From an uncultured Bacilli bacterium (GTDB taxonomy: Bacteria; Bacillota_I; Bacilli_A; RF39; UBA660), in contig CANTWP010000044.1 in NCBI GenBank assembly GCA_947853245.1, positions 1 to 50,390 on the forward strand: a stretch of 50,390 nucleotides of DNA, read 5' to 3'. Below, piece by piece: positions 29,652 through 38,450 of the stretch. The notes under the pieces were generated by a model. The model was not told the DNA's origin, made no database searches, and saw only the letters and a list, made by a program, of their open reading frames with translations. Position 1 is the first letter of the stretch. Every line of letters begins with the position of its first letter. Position numbers and translations under genes: made by a program.

Positions 29652-29791
29652 ACTCCCTAATTATAATATACGACAAAACTTTTCAATTTCCTTTTTTTTA
29701 ATGTAAAAAAATGTATTTTTTCATAAATTTAGTCTAAATTTCATATTTTTCATCTATTGTACCATAATATTTAACAAAGGGTGATGTTTTT

Positions 29792-30334
29792 ATGACATTA
29801 AAACAAACAAGAATTCTAGCAGTATTTATTATTTTTATTTTGAATTTCTTCTTTCATTTTGGATATGACTGGTTACCCAATACTTTATTTTCGATATTTT
29901 TCCCAGTTAATGAGAGTATATTTGAACATATGAAGATGATTTTTTCTAGTGTGATTTTCTATGGAATAATTGATTACTTTATTCTAAAGAAAAATAATAT
30001 AAATACAAATTCAATAATATTTTCAACATTAATTACTTCGCTATCCACCGTTGGTATATTTTTAATTATTTGGTTGCCTTTATTTTACAAATTAGGGGAA
30101 AATATGTTTTTAACTATTACAATGCTGTTTATATCAATTGTTACGGGGCAAATAATAAATTATTTTCTTATAAAAAAAGAAATACATTTTAGATATTCAA
30201 GTATTATCAGCACATCTATAATTATACTGATCTATGTGGTATTAGCGTATCTTACATATAATCCTCCTAAAATAGAATTATTCTTTGATTCAAAAGAAGA
30301 AAAATATGGAATCAACACTTATGTAGTCGGATAA
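29792..30334 (+). CDS. Polytopic membrane protein of unknown function (possibly DUF6512-like)
   Basis: SD GGGTGAT, 5-6 predicted TM helices and the motif PVNESIFEHMK. A hairpin terminator follows directly. Confidence 0.6.
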   Translation: MTLKQTRILAVFIIFILNFFFHFGYDWLPNTLFSIFFPVNESIFEHMKMIFSSVIFYGIIDYFILKKNNINTNSIIFSTLITSLSTVGIFLIIWLPLFYKLGENMFLTITMLFISIVTGQIINYFLIKKEIHFRYSSIISTSIIILIYVVLAYLTYNPPKIELFFDSKEEKYGINTYVVG

Positions 30335-30335
30335 T

Positions 30336-30368
30336 AAAAAACATGAAGATCTTTTCATGTTTTATTTT
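30336..30368 (+). terminator. Intrinsic terminator of the membrane protein gene
   Basis: Stem acatgaa / ttcatgt, loop gatctt, then TTTATTTT. Confidence 0.65.
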
Positions 30369-30465
30369 AAATGCTATCACAAGTCAGATTTTAAGATGCT
30401 TACAACCGAACAGAGCGCGATATATCAATAAGATTTTAATTTAATCTTTAAAATAATAGTTTAAC

Positions 30466-30494
30466 AAAAAAAGACTTTTATCAAGTCTTTTTTT
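30466..30494. terminator. Orphan terminator-like hairpin with no adjacent gene end
   Basis: The sequence aaaaaaagactt-ttatc-aagtcttttttt is symmetrical, with A and T runs on both sides. Confidence 0.45.
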
Positions 30495-30788
30495 GCAGAA
30501 CAAAGTCCTATCTATATAAAACGCTAATACGTTAGCGTACTTAACCAAATTGGTTATTTAAATTTTCCTTATTAGAATATTCTTTTCTAACTAATATCAT
30601 AATGTTCTACTTTTAATATATCCATTTTAGATAAATAGTATTCATATAAAATGAATTCTTCTAATATAATACCAGCTTTCCTCATTAATAATATATTCTT
30701 TTTATTGAATTTTGTGAAAATAATTAAAATATTATAATTTTGATTAGAAAAATTTTATTGATATTTTAACAACAAAATATAAACCATT

Positions 30789-31673
30789 TTATACTAATTT
30801 GTATTCTCTAGATAATATTCTTTTATCAGAACAATATTCTAAAATAAACTTATTGTCTTTTTTACATATAATTATTCCAATTGTTTTACCTTGATTTAAT
30901 TTTTTGATATTATTATCTATATAATTCATATATACTTCTATTTGACCTATATGTTCCTTCTTTAAATCTGTTACTTTTAATTCTACAACTACATAACAAT
31001 TAAATTCTATATTATATAAAAGTAAATCTATATAATTATATTGATCTCCTAATTTGATTTTATATTCATTTCTAATGTAGCTAAAATTATTACCTAGTTC
31101 TAGCAAAAAATGATCTATATCTTCTAATATTAATTGTTTTATTATCTTTTCTGATATTTCAGAATAATTATTGCTATTTTTAATCAATATAGGATTTTTT
31201 ATAAAATCTTCGACTTTTATATTATTTTGTTCTACTAATTTATTTTTAGTATTTTTTGGTAATCTTTCGTATTCTTGTTCTCTTATTTTTTTTCTTAGTT
31301 GTCTTACAGATAAATTTTGATTTTCCGAAATGCTTATATAATACTTTATTTTTTCATTATTATTTAAAGAAAGTAATTCACAATAATGACTCCAGCTCAA
31401 TTTTCCAGACAACGTCTGGAATTTTAAATTAAATTTATAAAAATTCATCATATTATACAAACTACTTTTTGTATACCTGGTTTTTAAGTCAATAGTTAAT
31501 CTTTCTGAATATTCCTTTATAATGCCTTCACCATAATGCTTACCTGCTTCCGCTAATAACTTACCAACATTATAATAAGTGTTTAGATCACTTCTATTTT
31601 TACTATAATCTTTAACTCTCTTATATACTTCATTATTTATTAAATTATTTTTTATTTCATCATAATAGTTCAC
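30789..31673 (-). CDS. DUF1016/YhcG-family PDDEXK nuclease-like protein
   Basis: The N-terminal YhcG-type helical domain (YYNVGKLLAEAGKHYGEG...SWSHYCELL) and a C-terminal PD-(D/E)xK core (IDLLLYN...VVVELK). GTG start after GGAGGA. Confidence 0.75.
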   Translation of the reverse strand: MNYYDEIKNNLINNEVYKRVKDYSKNRSDLNTYYNVGKLLAEAGKHYGEGIIKEYSERLTIDLKTRYTKSSLYNMMNFYKFNLKFQTLSGKLSWSHYCELLSLNNNEKIKYYISISENQNLSVRQLRKKIREQEYERLPKNTKNKLVEQNNIKVEDFIKNPILIKNSNNYSEISEKIIKQLILEDIDHFLLELGNNFSYIRNEYKIKLGDQYNYIDLLLYNIEFNCYVVVELKVTDLKKEHIGQIEVYMNYIDNNIKKLNQGKTIGIIICKKDNKFILEYCSDKRILSREYKLV

Positions 31674-31683
31674 TTATTCCTCC

Positions 31684-33777
31684 TTAATTAATTGTTCTAA
31701 TTTTATAATTATTTTTATTTAATTTTATTTCTACACTTCCATTTATATCTGTTCTATAAATAGTACAATAATCATCTAAACTATCTATTACAGATTCTTT
31801 TGGGTGTCCATATCTATTATTTTTACCTACTGATATTAAACAATTTTTAGGATTAATATTCTCAATAAATTCTTTACTAGATGAAGTATTAGAACCATGA
31901 TGCCCCACTTTTAGAAAATCTATATCGGTCAGACTATATTTATCTAATATGTCCTTTTCTCTTTCTATTCCAGCATCTCCCATAAATAACATCTTACTAC
32001 CATTTATTTCAGTATAAATAACACTACTATTTTCATTTTCATCATTATAGTCTTTTGTATTTAAAAAATACATTTTATTCTTACCAATATTTAATTCACT
32101 AATACAAGAATAATAAGGTATTCTCTTTTTATCTAAAACTTTAATTAAATCTTGTTCTAAGTCATTAAACTCTCCACAATTAAATATTACATTCTCTACT
32201 TTAAAGTTCTCTACTAGATTAATTGCTTCACCCATATGGTCATAATCTCCATGAGTAAATACTAAATAATTTATTTTTTTAATACCTAGCGATTTTAAAT
32301 AAGGAATAATTGTAGACTTTCCTAAAGAGTAACTGCTCCCAACGACTCCACCAGTATCTACTAGAATTATTCCTTTATTGTGTTGAAATTCTATTAATAA
32401 CGAATCTCCTTGTCCTACATCTATCATTGTAATTTTCGAAGAAGAAAATAATAATCTACTATTAAAATGCACTAAAAATAGCATAAATAATAATATATAA
32501 CCCAACTTCTTTTTCATATTCTTAAGAATAAATACTACCAATAAATAATAAAAAATTACAACAAAAATACTAGGTTTGCCAAAAATCATAATCAAAGAAA
32601 AATTACTAGTACACCATAAAGAAATAGTTTCTAAAATAGTAATAAAAAATTCATAAATAATAGTTAAACTAGGAAAAAATAATATAACAAATGATAAAGG
32701 AAAAATAACAAATGATACCAAAGGTACAAAAATTAAGTTTAATAAAGGGCTTAGAAAATTAAGTTCAAAATTATTAAACAACGATATTGGGAAACTTGCT
32801 AAAAAAGCAATACTAGAAACAAAAAATAGTTTATTAAAATAATTTTTATTTTTTAAGATATTGCTAAAATATATTAAAAAACCACTAATTATAAAACTAT
32901 ATATAAAACCAGTATTATAAATATAATATGGATTATATAATAGAAAAAAACATGACATTAATATAAATAACTTAAAAGTAGAATATGGTAAAGCCATTTT
33001 TTCTTTGATAAATAAAACTATCATAAAAATAACTGATCGCATAATTGAAGGAGAGAATCCAGCTAAAAAAGCATAAAAAATTAAAAATAAAAATAATAGT
33101 AACTGATTAAGATTCTTGTTTTTACATAATTTATTTAATATTATTAAAATAATCGATGATAAGAATCCAACATGCATCCCTGACACTGAAAACAAATGAC
33201 TAATACCATTAGTCAAATAGCTTTGTTTAATTTCTTCATCTAAATAACTAGTATCTCCTAATATAAATGCCTTAAGATAGGCAGATTGTCTACTTTTTAA
33301 TAAATGCTTGCCTATTGCAGTTTTGACACCATAAAAAAGATTTTGTTTATAATCTACAATTTTCAAATCATCTATATCTACAGTATACTTAATCTGTTTA
33401 CTTAAAAGATATTTTCGATAATTAAAAATATTAAAATTAGTATTTTCACTAGGTATTTTAACCTTACCACTTACCTTTATCTTATTACCAATTTTAATAT
33501 CTTTAATACTTTCTAAAGCAATGTCATCAGAAAAATAATAATTAGCCAAAATTCTACTTGTATTCTTAACTTGTAACTGAATTTTATTATCTCCATATTT
33601 AATAACTTCTACTATACCTATGAAATCTATATAATCATCATTATGTATTACTATGTTTTTTTGGCAAGAATATAATACATATAATAAAGAAAAACAAACA
33701 ATCAAAATTGTAAATAAATTATATCGTAATATATTTTTTAATTTTTTCAAATAATGCATCACCAATACCTTTAACAT
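31684..33777 (-). CDS. comEC: DNA internalisation competence protein ComEC/Rec2
   Basis: A polytopic competence domain plus a C-terminal metallo-beta-lactamase domain (DVGQGDS...HGDYDHMG...GHHGS). The start may be the ATG at 33759. Either start overlaps the comEA 3' end. Confidence 0.9.
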   Translation of the reverse strand: MLKVLVMHYLKKLKNILRYNLFTILIVCFSLLYVLYSCQKNIVIHNDDYIDFIGIVEVIKYGDNKIQLQVKNTSRILANYYFSDDIALESIKDIKIGNKIKVSGKVKIPSENTNFNIFNYRKYLLSKQIKYTVDIDDLKIVDYKQNLFYGVKTAIGKHLLKSRQSAYLKAFILGDTSYLDEEIKQSYLTNGISHLFSVSGMHVGFLSSIILIILNKLCKNKNLNQLLLFLFLIFYAFLAGFSPSIMRSVIFMIVLFIKEKMALPYSTFKLFILMSCFFLLYNPYYIYNTGFIYSFIISGFLIYFSNILKNKNYFNKLFFVSSIAFLASFPISLFNNFELNFLSPLLNLIFVPLVSFVIFPLSFVILFFPSLTIIYEFFITILETISLWCTSNFSLIMIFGKPSIFVVIFYYLLVVFILKNMKKKLGYILLFMLFLVHFNSRLLFSSSKITMIDVGQGDSLLIEFQHNKGIILVDTGGVVGSSYSLGKSTIIPYLKSLGIKKINYLVFTHGDYDHMGEAINLVENFKVENVIFNCGEFNDLEQDLIKVLDKKRIPYYSCISELNIGKNKMYFLNTKDYNDENENSSVIYTEINGSKMLFMGDAGIEREKDILDKYSLTDIDFLKVGHHGSNTSSSKEFIENINPKNCLISVGKNNRYGHPKESVIDSLDDYCTIYRTDINGSVEIKLNKNNYKIRTIN

Positions 33778-34423
33778 TTTTTATATCTTCAATAGTTTTA
33801 AATTCTCCATTTGCATTACGGTATTTTATTATATCTGCAGCCTTACTTTCACCAATTCCAGAAATTGTCATCAATTCCTCTTTACTAGCAGTATTTAAAG
33901 ATACTTTACTTGGTGCTGTGTCTTTAATATCTTCATTATTATCTTCAATAATGACATCATCTTTGTCTATACATGCCGAATTTGAATTATCTGGACATTT
34001 ACATTCTTTTTCTATATATTCTATAATGACCTCCTGTTTATGTAATTCTTCAATCTTGTTTTTAGTATAAATAATAATAACATTACCATCTGCTAATTTT
34101 TTACTTAAATTAATAATACTAGTATCAGCATCCTTATTTAGGCCGCCACTCTTTGTAATAGCGTCTATTACCCTACTACCACTTACTAATTCATAAACTC
34201 CAGGCTTTTTTACTGCACCCTTAACATCCACAAATATTGTTTCTTTAATAAGCTCTTCAGTCGTAGTTGCTGTATTATTTAAAATTATAGGTGATTCTTT
34301 CACTACCTCTTCTATTTTATTAGAAGTACTATATAAATAAACTCCTCCTATTATCAATAATAGTAATATACCACCTAATATAAACTTCCAATATATTTGG
34401 ATCTTTTGTAAAATATTATTCAT
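33719..34423 (-). CDS. comEA: Competence DNA receptor ComEA (SLBB + helix-hairpin-helix)
   Basis: A TM anchor, an SLBB region (VDVKGAVKKPGVYEL..GSRV.DAI) and a C-terminal HhH pair (LNTASKEELMTISGIGESKAADII...IKGIGDALFEKI). The ATG at 34423 is preceded by GGAGGG. Confidence 0.9.
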   Translation of the reverse strand: MNNILQKIQIYWKFILGGILLLLIIGGVYLYSTSNKIEEVVKESPIILNNTATTTEELIKETIFVDVKGAVKKPGVYELVSGSRVIDAITKSGGLNKDADTSIINLSKKLADGNVIIIYTKNKIEELHKQEVIIEYIEKECKCPDNSNSACIDKDDVIIEDNNEDIKDTAPSKVSLNTASKEELMTISGIGESKAADIIKYRNANGEFKTIEDIKNVKGIGDALFEKIKKYITI

Positions 34424-34483
34424 TTTATCCCTCCTCAAAGTCAATATACCGCATTAATCTTATATTTCCTTTTTATAAAGAAA

Positions 34484-34512
34484 AAAAGTATAGAAATTTC
34501 TATACTTTTTTT
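34484..34512. terminator. Intrinsic terminator (perfect palindrome) ending the candidate 6S RNA
   Basis: aaaaagtataga-aatt-tctatacttttt, followed on the minus strand by a T-run. Confidence 0.65.
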
Positions 34513-34695
34513 ACACATCAATCCCAAATAATCGGCGCCACTAACGAATAAAACCTAGTCTCCTAGGTGGGTATCACATGAAATACTTTAGGATCCTTAT
34601 ATAAATACAAGTATTCAACACCATACTTCAATCAGATTCCCGATATCGTTGTTTAGTAGGTTTTTCTGAAATTGACAAACCATATTATCTAGGCT
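34511..34695 (-). ncRNA. ssrS: Candidate 6S RNA (ssrS-like)
   Basis: The region has its own promoter and terminator. It hand-folds into a closing stem (34665-34677 pairs with 34516-34528: 13 bp, 5 of them G-U), a further imperfect helix, a large central bubble whose 3' side holds a 6-bp GAGA-tetraloop hairpin (34553-34568), and an apical stem (34609-34626 pairs with 34571-34588: 16 of 18 positions). The G-U pairs exist only in the minus-strand transcript. Confidence 0.5.
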
Positions 34696-34701
34696 AAATT
34701 A

Positions 34702-34730
34702 ATTATATCATAAAGAGTGCTCTTGCACAA
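34702..34730 (-). promoter_or_regulatory. Strong sigma-A-type promoter driving the candidate 6S RNA
   Basis: On the minus strand: TTGTGC (34730-34725), 17 nt, then the extended -10 TGaTATAAT (34710-34702). The TG is part of the TGA stop of the clpX-like gene. Confidence 0.6.
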
Positions 34731-36207
34731 TAGTTTTAATTAATTTTTTCTCTTTCAAGGCACTACTGTCAACTGTTATCTCTCTTGGTTGCATATCAGA
34801 GCAGAAAACATCAAACATTATATCATCTAGCAATTCACTAACTATATTATTTAAAGCTCTAGCTCCAGTATTTCTTGAATAAGCTAAATCACAAATTCGT
34901 TCAATTAAATCATTATCAAATTTTAATTTAATACCCATGGCCGCTAAATTAGCAATATATAATTTTAAAGCACTAGACTCTGAATTAACTAAAATTTGTT
35001 TTAAATCATCTTTGCCTAACGAGTTTAATCTCACAAAAGTATTAAATCTACCTATAAATTCTTTGGGCATACCATAATGTACTAATTTATCAACTACATT
35101 CAAACTATTTTCACTTTCATTATTGATATGAACAGAATTAAAACCAATAGTGGAATTATTATTAGAACGTTTTAACATCTTTTCAAATGCTCCACTTACT
35201 ATAACTGTTAAATGCGAAGTGTCAAATTCAACTGTCTCAGAAGATTTTTTATCTAACTCAAGCTCAAATACACCACCTTCTATTATTTTTAGAAGAGAGT
35301 TTAAAACACCATCTGATGACACTCCACAATCAGAATCACCTTTACTATTCTTCTTATCTATTTCATCAAAGACAAGAATTCCATGCTCAGCAACATCTAT
35401 ATCACAATTAGCCGCATAATACAAACGTTTTAATGCATCTTCACAGCTTTTGCCAACATAACCAGCTATAGTATAAGCAGTAGCATCCTCGATCACTATA
35501 GGAATTTTTAAATTATCACTAATTTGATTTAAAATAGCTGTCTTACCTACACCGCTTGGACCATATATAAATATATTAGACTTCAATTTAGACTCATCAA
35601 ACAATAAATTTTTATAAATAGCCGTTAGAATTTTCTTAATTTGATTATCTTGACACAAAACATTTTTCTTAATTTGATCATATAACTCATCAATAGGAGG
35701 TATATCTAAACTAACACTCTCTTCTTGAGATGTAGAAACCACTTGCTTTGCTAATTCTTCATTAACTTTTATTAATTCTTCAAAATTAACATTATCTATT
35801 TTTTCTGCTGAATACTGATAATTAATCTTAAGTTGATACTTTTTCATAAATTCTTGAATAGGCATTGATTTAAGAAGGAAATCTTCTACATCACCATTTT
35901 CCAAACTATAATAATAAGCCTTTTTCTTTATTTCCATTAAATAATCACTTAAGTTTTGAATCAAACTCTTATAAGAATATTCAGTAAAAAATTTAGTAAG
36001 TGGAACTGAATGATAAAATCCATAATAATTTTCTGTATCTGAATAATTATCTAAATTATAAAAAGAACGATGACTAATAGCGTCGTAAAATACTTGATTA
36101 TTTTCATCCATAGTTCCAATAAGTAATCTAGTTGGTAAAAATAATTCTATTTTATCATTTTCTATTTGTTTATGTAGCAGCACAGCTGCGTATAATTCTT
36201 GTTTCAT
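34708..36207 (-). CDS. ClpX-family AAA+ unfoldase paralogue with a non-canonical N-terminal domain
   Basis: Walker A GPSGVGKT, pore loop AGYVGKS, Walker B ILVFDEIDKK, an IGF tripeptide (STIGFNS) and sensor-2 TGARALNNIV. There is no CxxC zinc-binding N-domain. SD GGGGGA lies 18 nt after the aspS stop. Confidence 0.8.
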   Translation of the reverse strand: MKQELYAAVLLHKQIENDKIELFLPTRLLIGTMDENNQVFYDAISHRSFYNLDNYSDTENYYGFYHSVPLTKFFTEYSYKSLIQNLSDYLMEIKKKAYYYSLENGDVEDFLLKSMPIQEFMKKYQLKINYQYSAEKIDNVNFEELIKVNEELAKQVVSTSQEESVSLDIPPIDELYDQIKKNVLCQDNQIKKILTAIYKNLLFDESKLKSNIFIYGPSGVGKTAILNQISDNLKIPIVIEDATAYTIAGYVGKSCEDALKRLYYAANCDIDVAEHGILVFDEIDKKNSKGDSDCGVSSDGVLNSLLKIIEGGVFELELDKKSSETVEFDTSHLTVIVSGAFEKMLKRSNNNSTIGFNSVHINNESENSLNVVDKLVHYGMPKEFIGRFNTFVRLNSLGKDDLKQILVNSESSALKLYIANLAAMGIKLKFDNDLIERICDLAYSRNTGARALNNIVSELLDDIMFDVFCSDMQPREITVDSSALKEKKLIKTIVQEHSL

Positions 36208-36225
36208 ATTTCCCCCTGCAACTAA

Positions 36226-37968
36226 CTAATTATTAATTTTAATATTTAAATCTTTCAATTGTTTTTCATCAACTATATTTGGTGCTTCACACATTAGATC
36301 GCTAGCACTTGTAGTTTTAGGGAATGCAATTACATCACGAATATTTTCTGTATTAGTGATAATCATTGATAAACGATCTAATCCTAAAGCTAAACCACCA
36401 TGTGGAGGTGTACCATATTTTAAAGCATCGACAAAGAAACCAAACTTATTTCTAATTTGTTCTTCAGTTAACTCCAATGCCTCAAACATTTTTTGTTGAA
36501 TTTGTTGATCATGAATACGAATAGAACCTCCACCGGCTTCATAACCATTTATTACTATATCGTATGCTTTAGAATAACAATGTGCTTTATCAGTTAATAG
36601 TTTATCAACATCACTATCTAAAGGCGCTGTAAATGGATGGTGACAAGCCATAAATCTATTCTCTTCATCGCTCCATTCAAAAGATGGAAAATCAACTACC
36701 CAAAGTAAAGCATAATCATCTTCGTTAAATAATTGTAAATCGCGGGCTAATTTACATCTAAGAGCTCCTAAAGCAGCTTTGACAATTTTATAACTATCCG
36801 CAACAAATAAAACTAAGTCATTATTCTCTAATTGTAATAAACTTGTTAAATCTTTAATATTGTCTTCACTTACAACTTTCGCAATACTACCAGTAATTTC
36901 ATCAGCAATTTTTAAATATGCTAAACCACTTGCTTTATAAGTTTTTACAAATTCAGTTAACTTATCTAAATTGGCACGAGAATATTTATCAGCAGCATTT
37001 TTAACAACTAAAACATTAATAATGCCATTATTATCTAAAACATTTTTAAAAACAGAAAACTCAGTGTTTTTAAATACATCACTAACATTTTGAATTGGCA
37101 TAGCAAATCTTAAATCTGGTTTATCACTACCATAATATTCGATCGCATCATCATATTTCATTCTTCTAAGTGGTAATTGTAAATCCATATTCTTAGTTTC
37201 TTTAAATACACGAGCCAGTAATCCTTCAGTAACATTCATAACATCGTCAGCAGTTACAAAACTCATTTCCATGTCTACTTGTGTAAACTCAGGTTGTCTA
37301 TCAGCACGTAAATCTTCATCACGGAAACAACGAGCAATTTGGAAATATTTTTCCATACCACCAACCATTAATAACTGTTTAAATATTTGTGGGGATTGGG
37401 GTAAAGCATAAAACTTACCCTTGCTAATACGAGATGGAACTAAATAATCTCTTGCTCCTTCTGGTGTTGATTTACAAAGAATAGGTGTTTCTACTTCTAT
37501 AAACCCTAATTCACTTAAATAGTTTCTAATAGCCATCGTAATTTTATGTCTAATTATTAATTTAGACTGTAACTCATTTCTTCTTAAATCTAAATAACGA
37601 TATTTTAATCTAGTATCTTCTAAAGCTGTAGTTGCATCACTAATAGCAAAAGGTAATTCTAAAGAAGTATTAAGTAACTCTAACCTTTCTACAACTACCT
37701 CAATTTCACCAGTAGCAAGATTTGGATTCTTACTTTGTCTTTCAACAATTTCACCTGTAACTTCAACTACATATTCATTTTTTAAGCCTTCTGCAACTGA
37801 ATAATAAGGATTATCGGGATTAACAATAACTTGAATAATACCACTTCGATCACGTAAATCAATAAATATTACTCCACCTAAATTTCTTATTTTAGAAACC
37901 CAACCATACAATGTAACTTTATCTCCAACATTATTTATATTAAAATCTGTACTATTAAATTTTTTCAT
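36226..37968 (-). CDS. aspS: Aspartate--tRNA ligase
   Basis: Full-length class IIb AspRS (OB fold, motifs 1-3: FRDEDLRADRQPEFTQ...GGGSIRIH...GLALGLDRL). Confidence 0.97.
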   Translation of the reverse strand: MKKFNSTDFNINNVGDKVTLYGWVSKIRNLGGVIFIDLRDRSGIIQVIVNPDNPYYSVAEGLKNEYVVEVTGEIVERQSKNPNLATGEIEVVVERLELLNTSLELPFAISDATTALEDTRLKYRYLDLRRNELQSKLIIRHKITMAIRNYLSELGFIEVETPILCKSTPEGARDYLVPSRISKGKFYALPQSPQIFKQLLMVGGMEKYFQIARCFRDEDLRADRQPEFTQVDMEMSFVTADDVMNVTEGLLARVFKETKNMDLQLPLRRMKYDDAIEYYGSDKPDLRFAMPIQNVSDVFKNTEFSVFKNVLDNNGIINVLVVKNAADKYSRANLDKLTEFVKTYKASGLAYLKIADEITGSIAKVVSEDNIKDLTSLLQLENNDLVLFVADSYKIVKAALGALRCKLARDLQLFNEDDYALLWVVDFPSFEWSDEENRFMACHHPFTAPLDSDVDKLLTDKAHCYSKAYDIVINGYEAGGGSIRIHDQQIQQKMFEALELTEEQIRNKFGFFVDALKYGTPPHGGLALGLDRLSMIITNTENIRDVIAFPKTTSASDLMCEAPNIVDEKQLKDLNIKINN

Positions 37969-38450
37969 TTTCTTTTACTCCTTTCATTGGTTTCACTTTC
38001 TAAGCCAATATAACTATAAACTTTATCATCCATAAAAATAGGATTAGAAAATGGATCCTCATTATTTAAAAGCATAATACTAAATAACATATCATCTTGA
38101 TATTTGCTTTTAGTAAATTTGTTATATTTAGGATCTGGTACTTTAATAATTGGTTTAGAATAGACATCATCATGACTATAATAAACAAATCCATAAATGT
38201 GGACCATCACATCAACTTCTGAAGAAATTTGTGATAAGGTAAATAAGCCAGATGCCGAAAAGTCCATTCGACGAAAACGATCGCCATGAGCTTTAACATA
38301 TGCCCTAGACCACAAATTATGATCAACTTTAGCATCCGTATGATTTTTAGAACTCACTTTATAAAAATAACCATCTTGATCAATAAATCCATTGTAATCA
38401 TGTACTTCTACGGCATCATCATAACGTTTAAAATCAAATGTATTATTCAT
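37965..38450 (-). CDS. Hypothetical protein (about 161-164 aa) embedded in the hisS-aspS operon
   Basis: An open frame with candidate starts at 38459, 38456 and 38450, all overlapping the hisS 3' end. Its TGA overlaps the aspS ATG (ATGA). No recognisable family. Confidence 0.55.
   Translation of the reverse strand: MNNTFDFKRYDDAVEVHDYNGFIDQDGYFYKVSSKNHTDAKVDHNLWSRAYVKAHGDRFRRMDFSASGLFTLSQISSEVDVMVHIYGFVYYSHDDVYSKPIIKVPDPKYNKFTKSKYQDDMLFSIMLLNNEDPFSNPIFMDDKVYSYIGLESETNERSKRK

Noticed and set aside
30587-30685. A 32-codon minus-strand ORF (MRKAGIILEEFILYEYYLSKMDILKVEHYDIS).
   Set aside because: It has no SD and no recognisable family. It is probably chance, or a fragment of a lost gene. It is mentioned only within the finding on the orphan region.
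34555-34580. On the plus strand, AGGTGGGTATCAC resembles the T-box core GGTGGTACCGCG.
   Set aside because: The orientation is wrong, since nothing lies downstream on the plus strand except antisense clpX-like sequence. There is no AGAGA or GNUGNGA stem I element. The segment is better explained as the bubble hairpin of the minus-strand 6S-like RNA.
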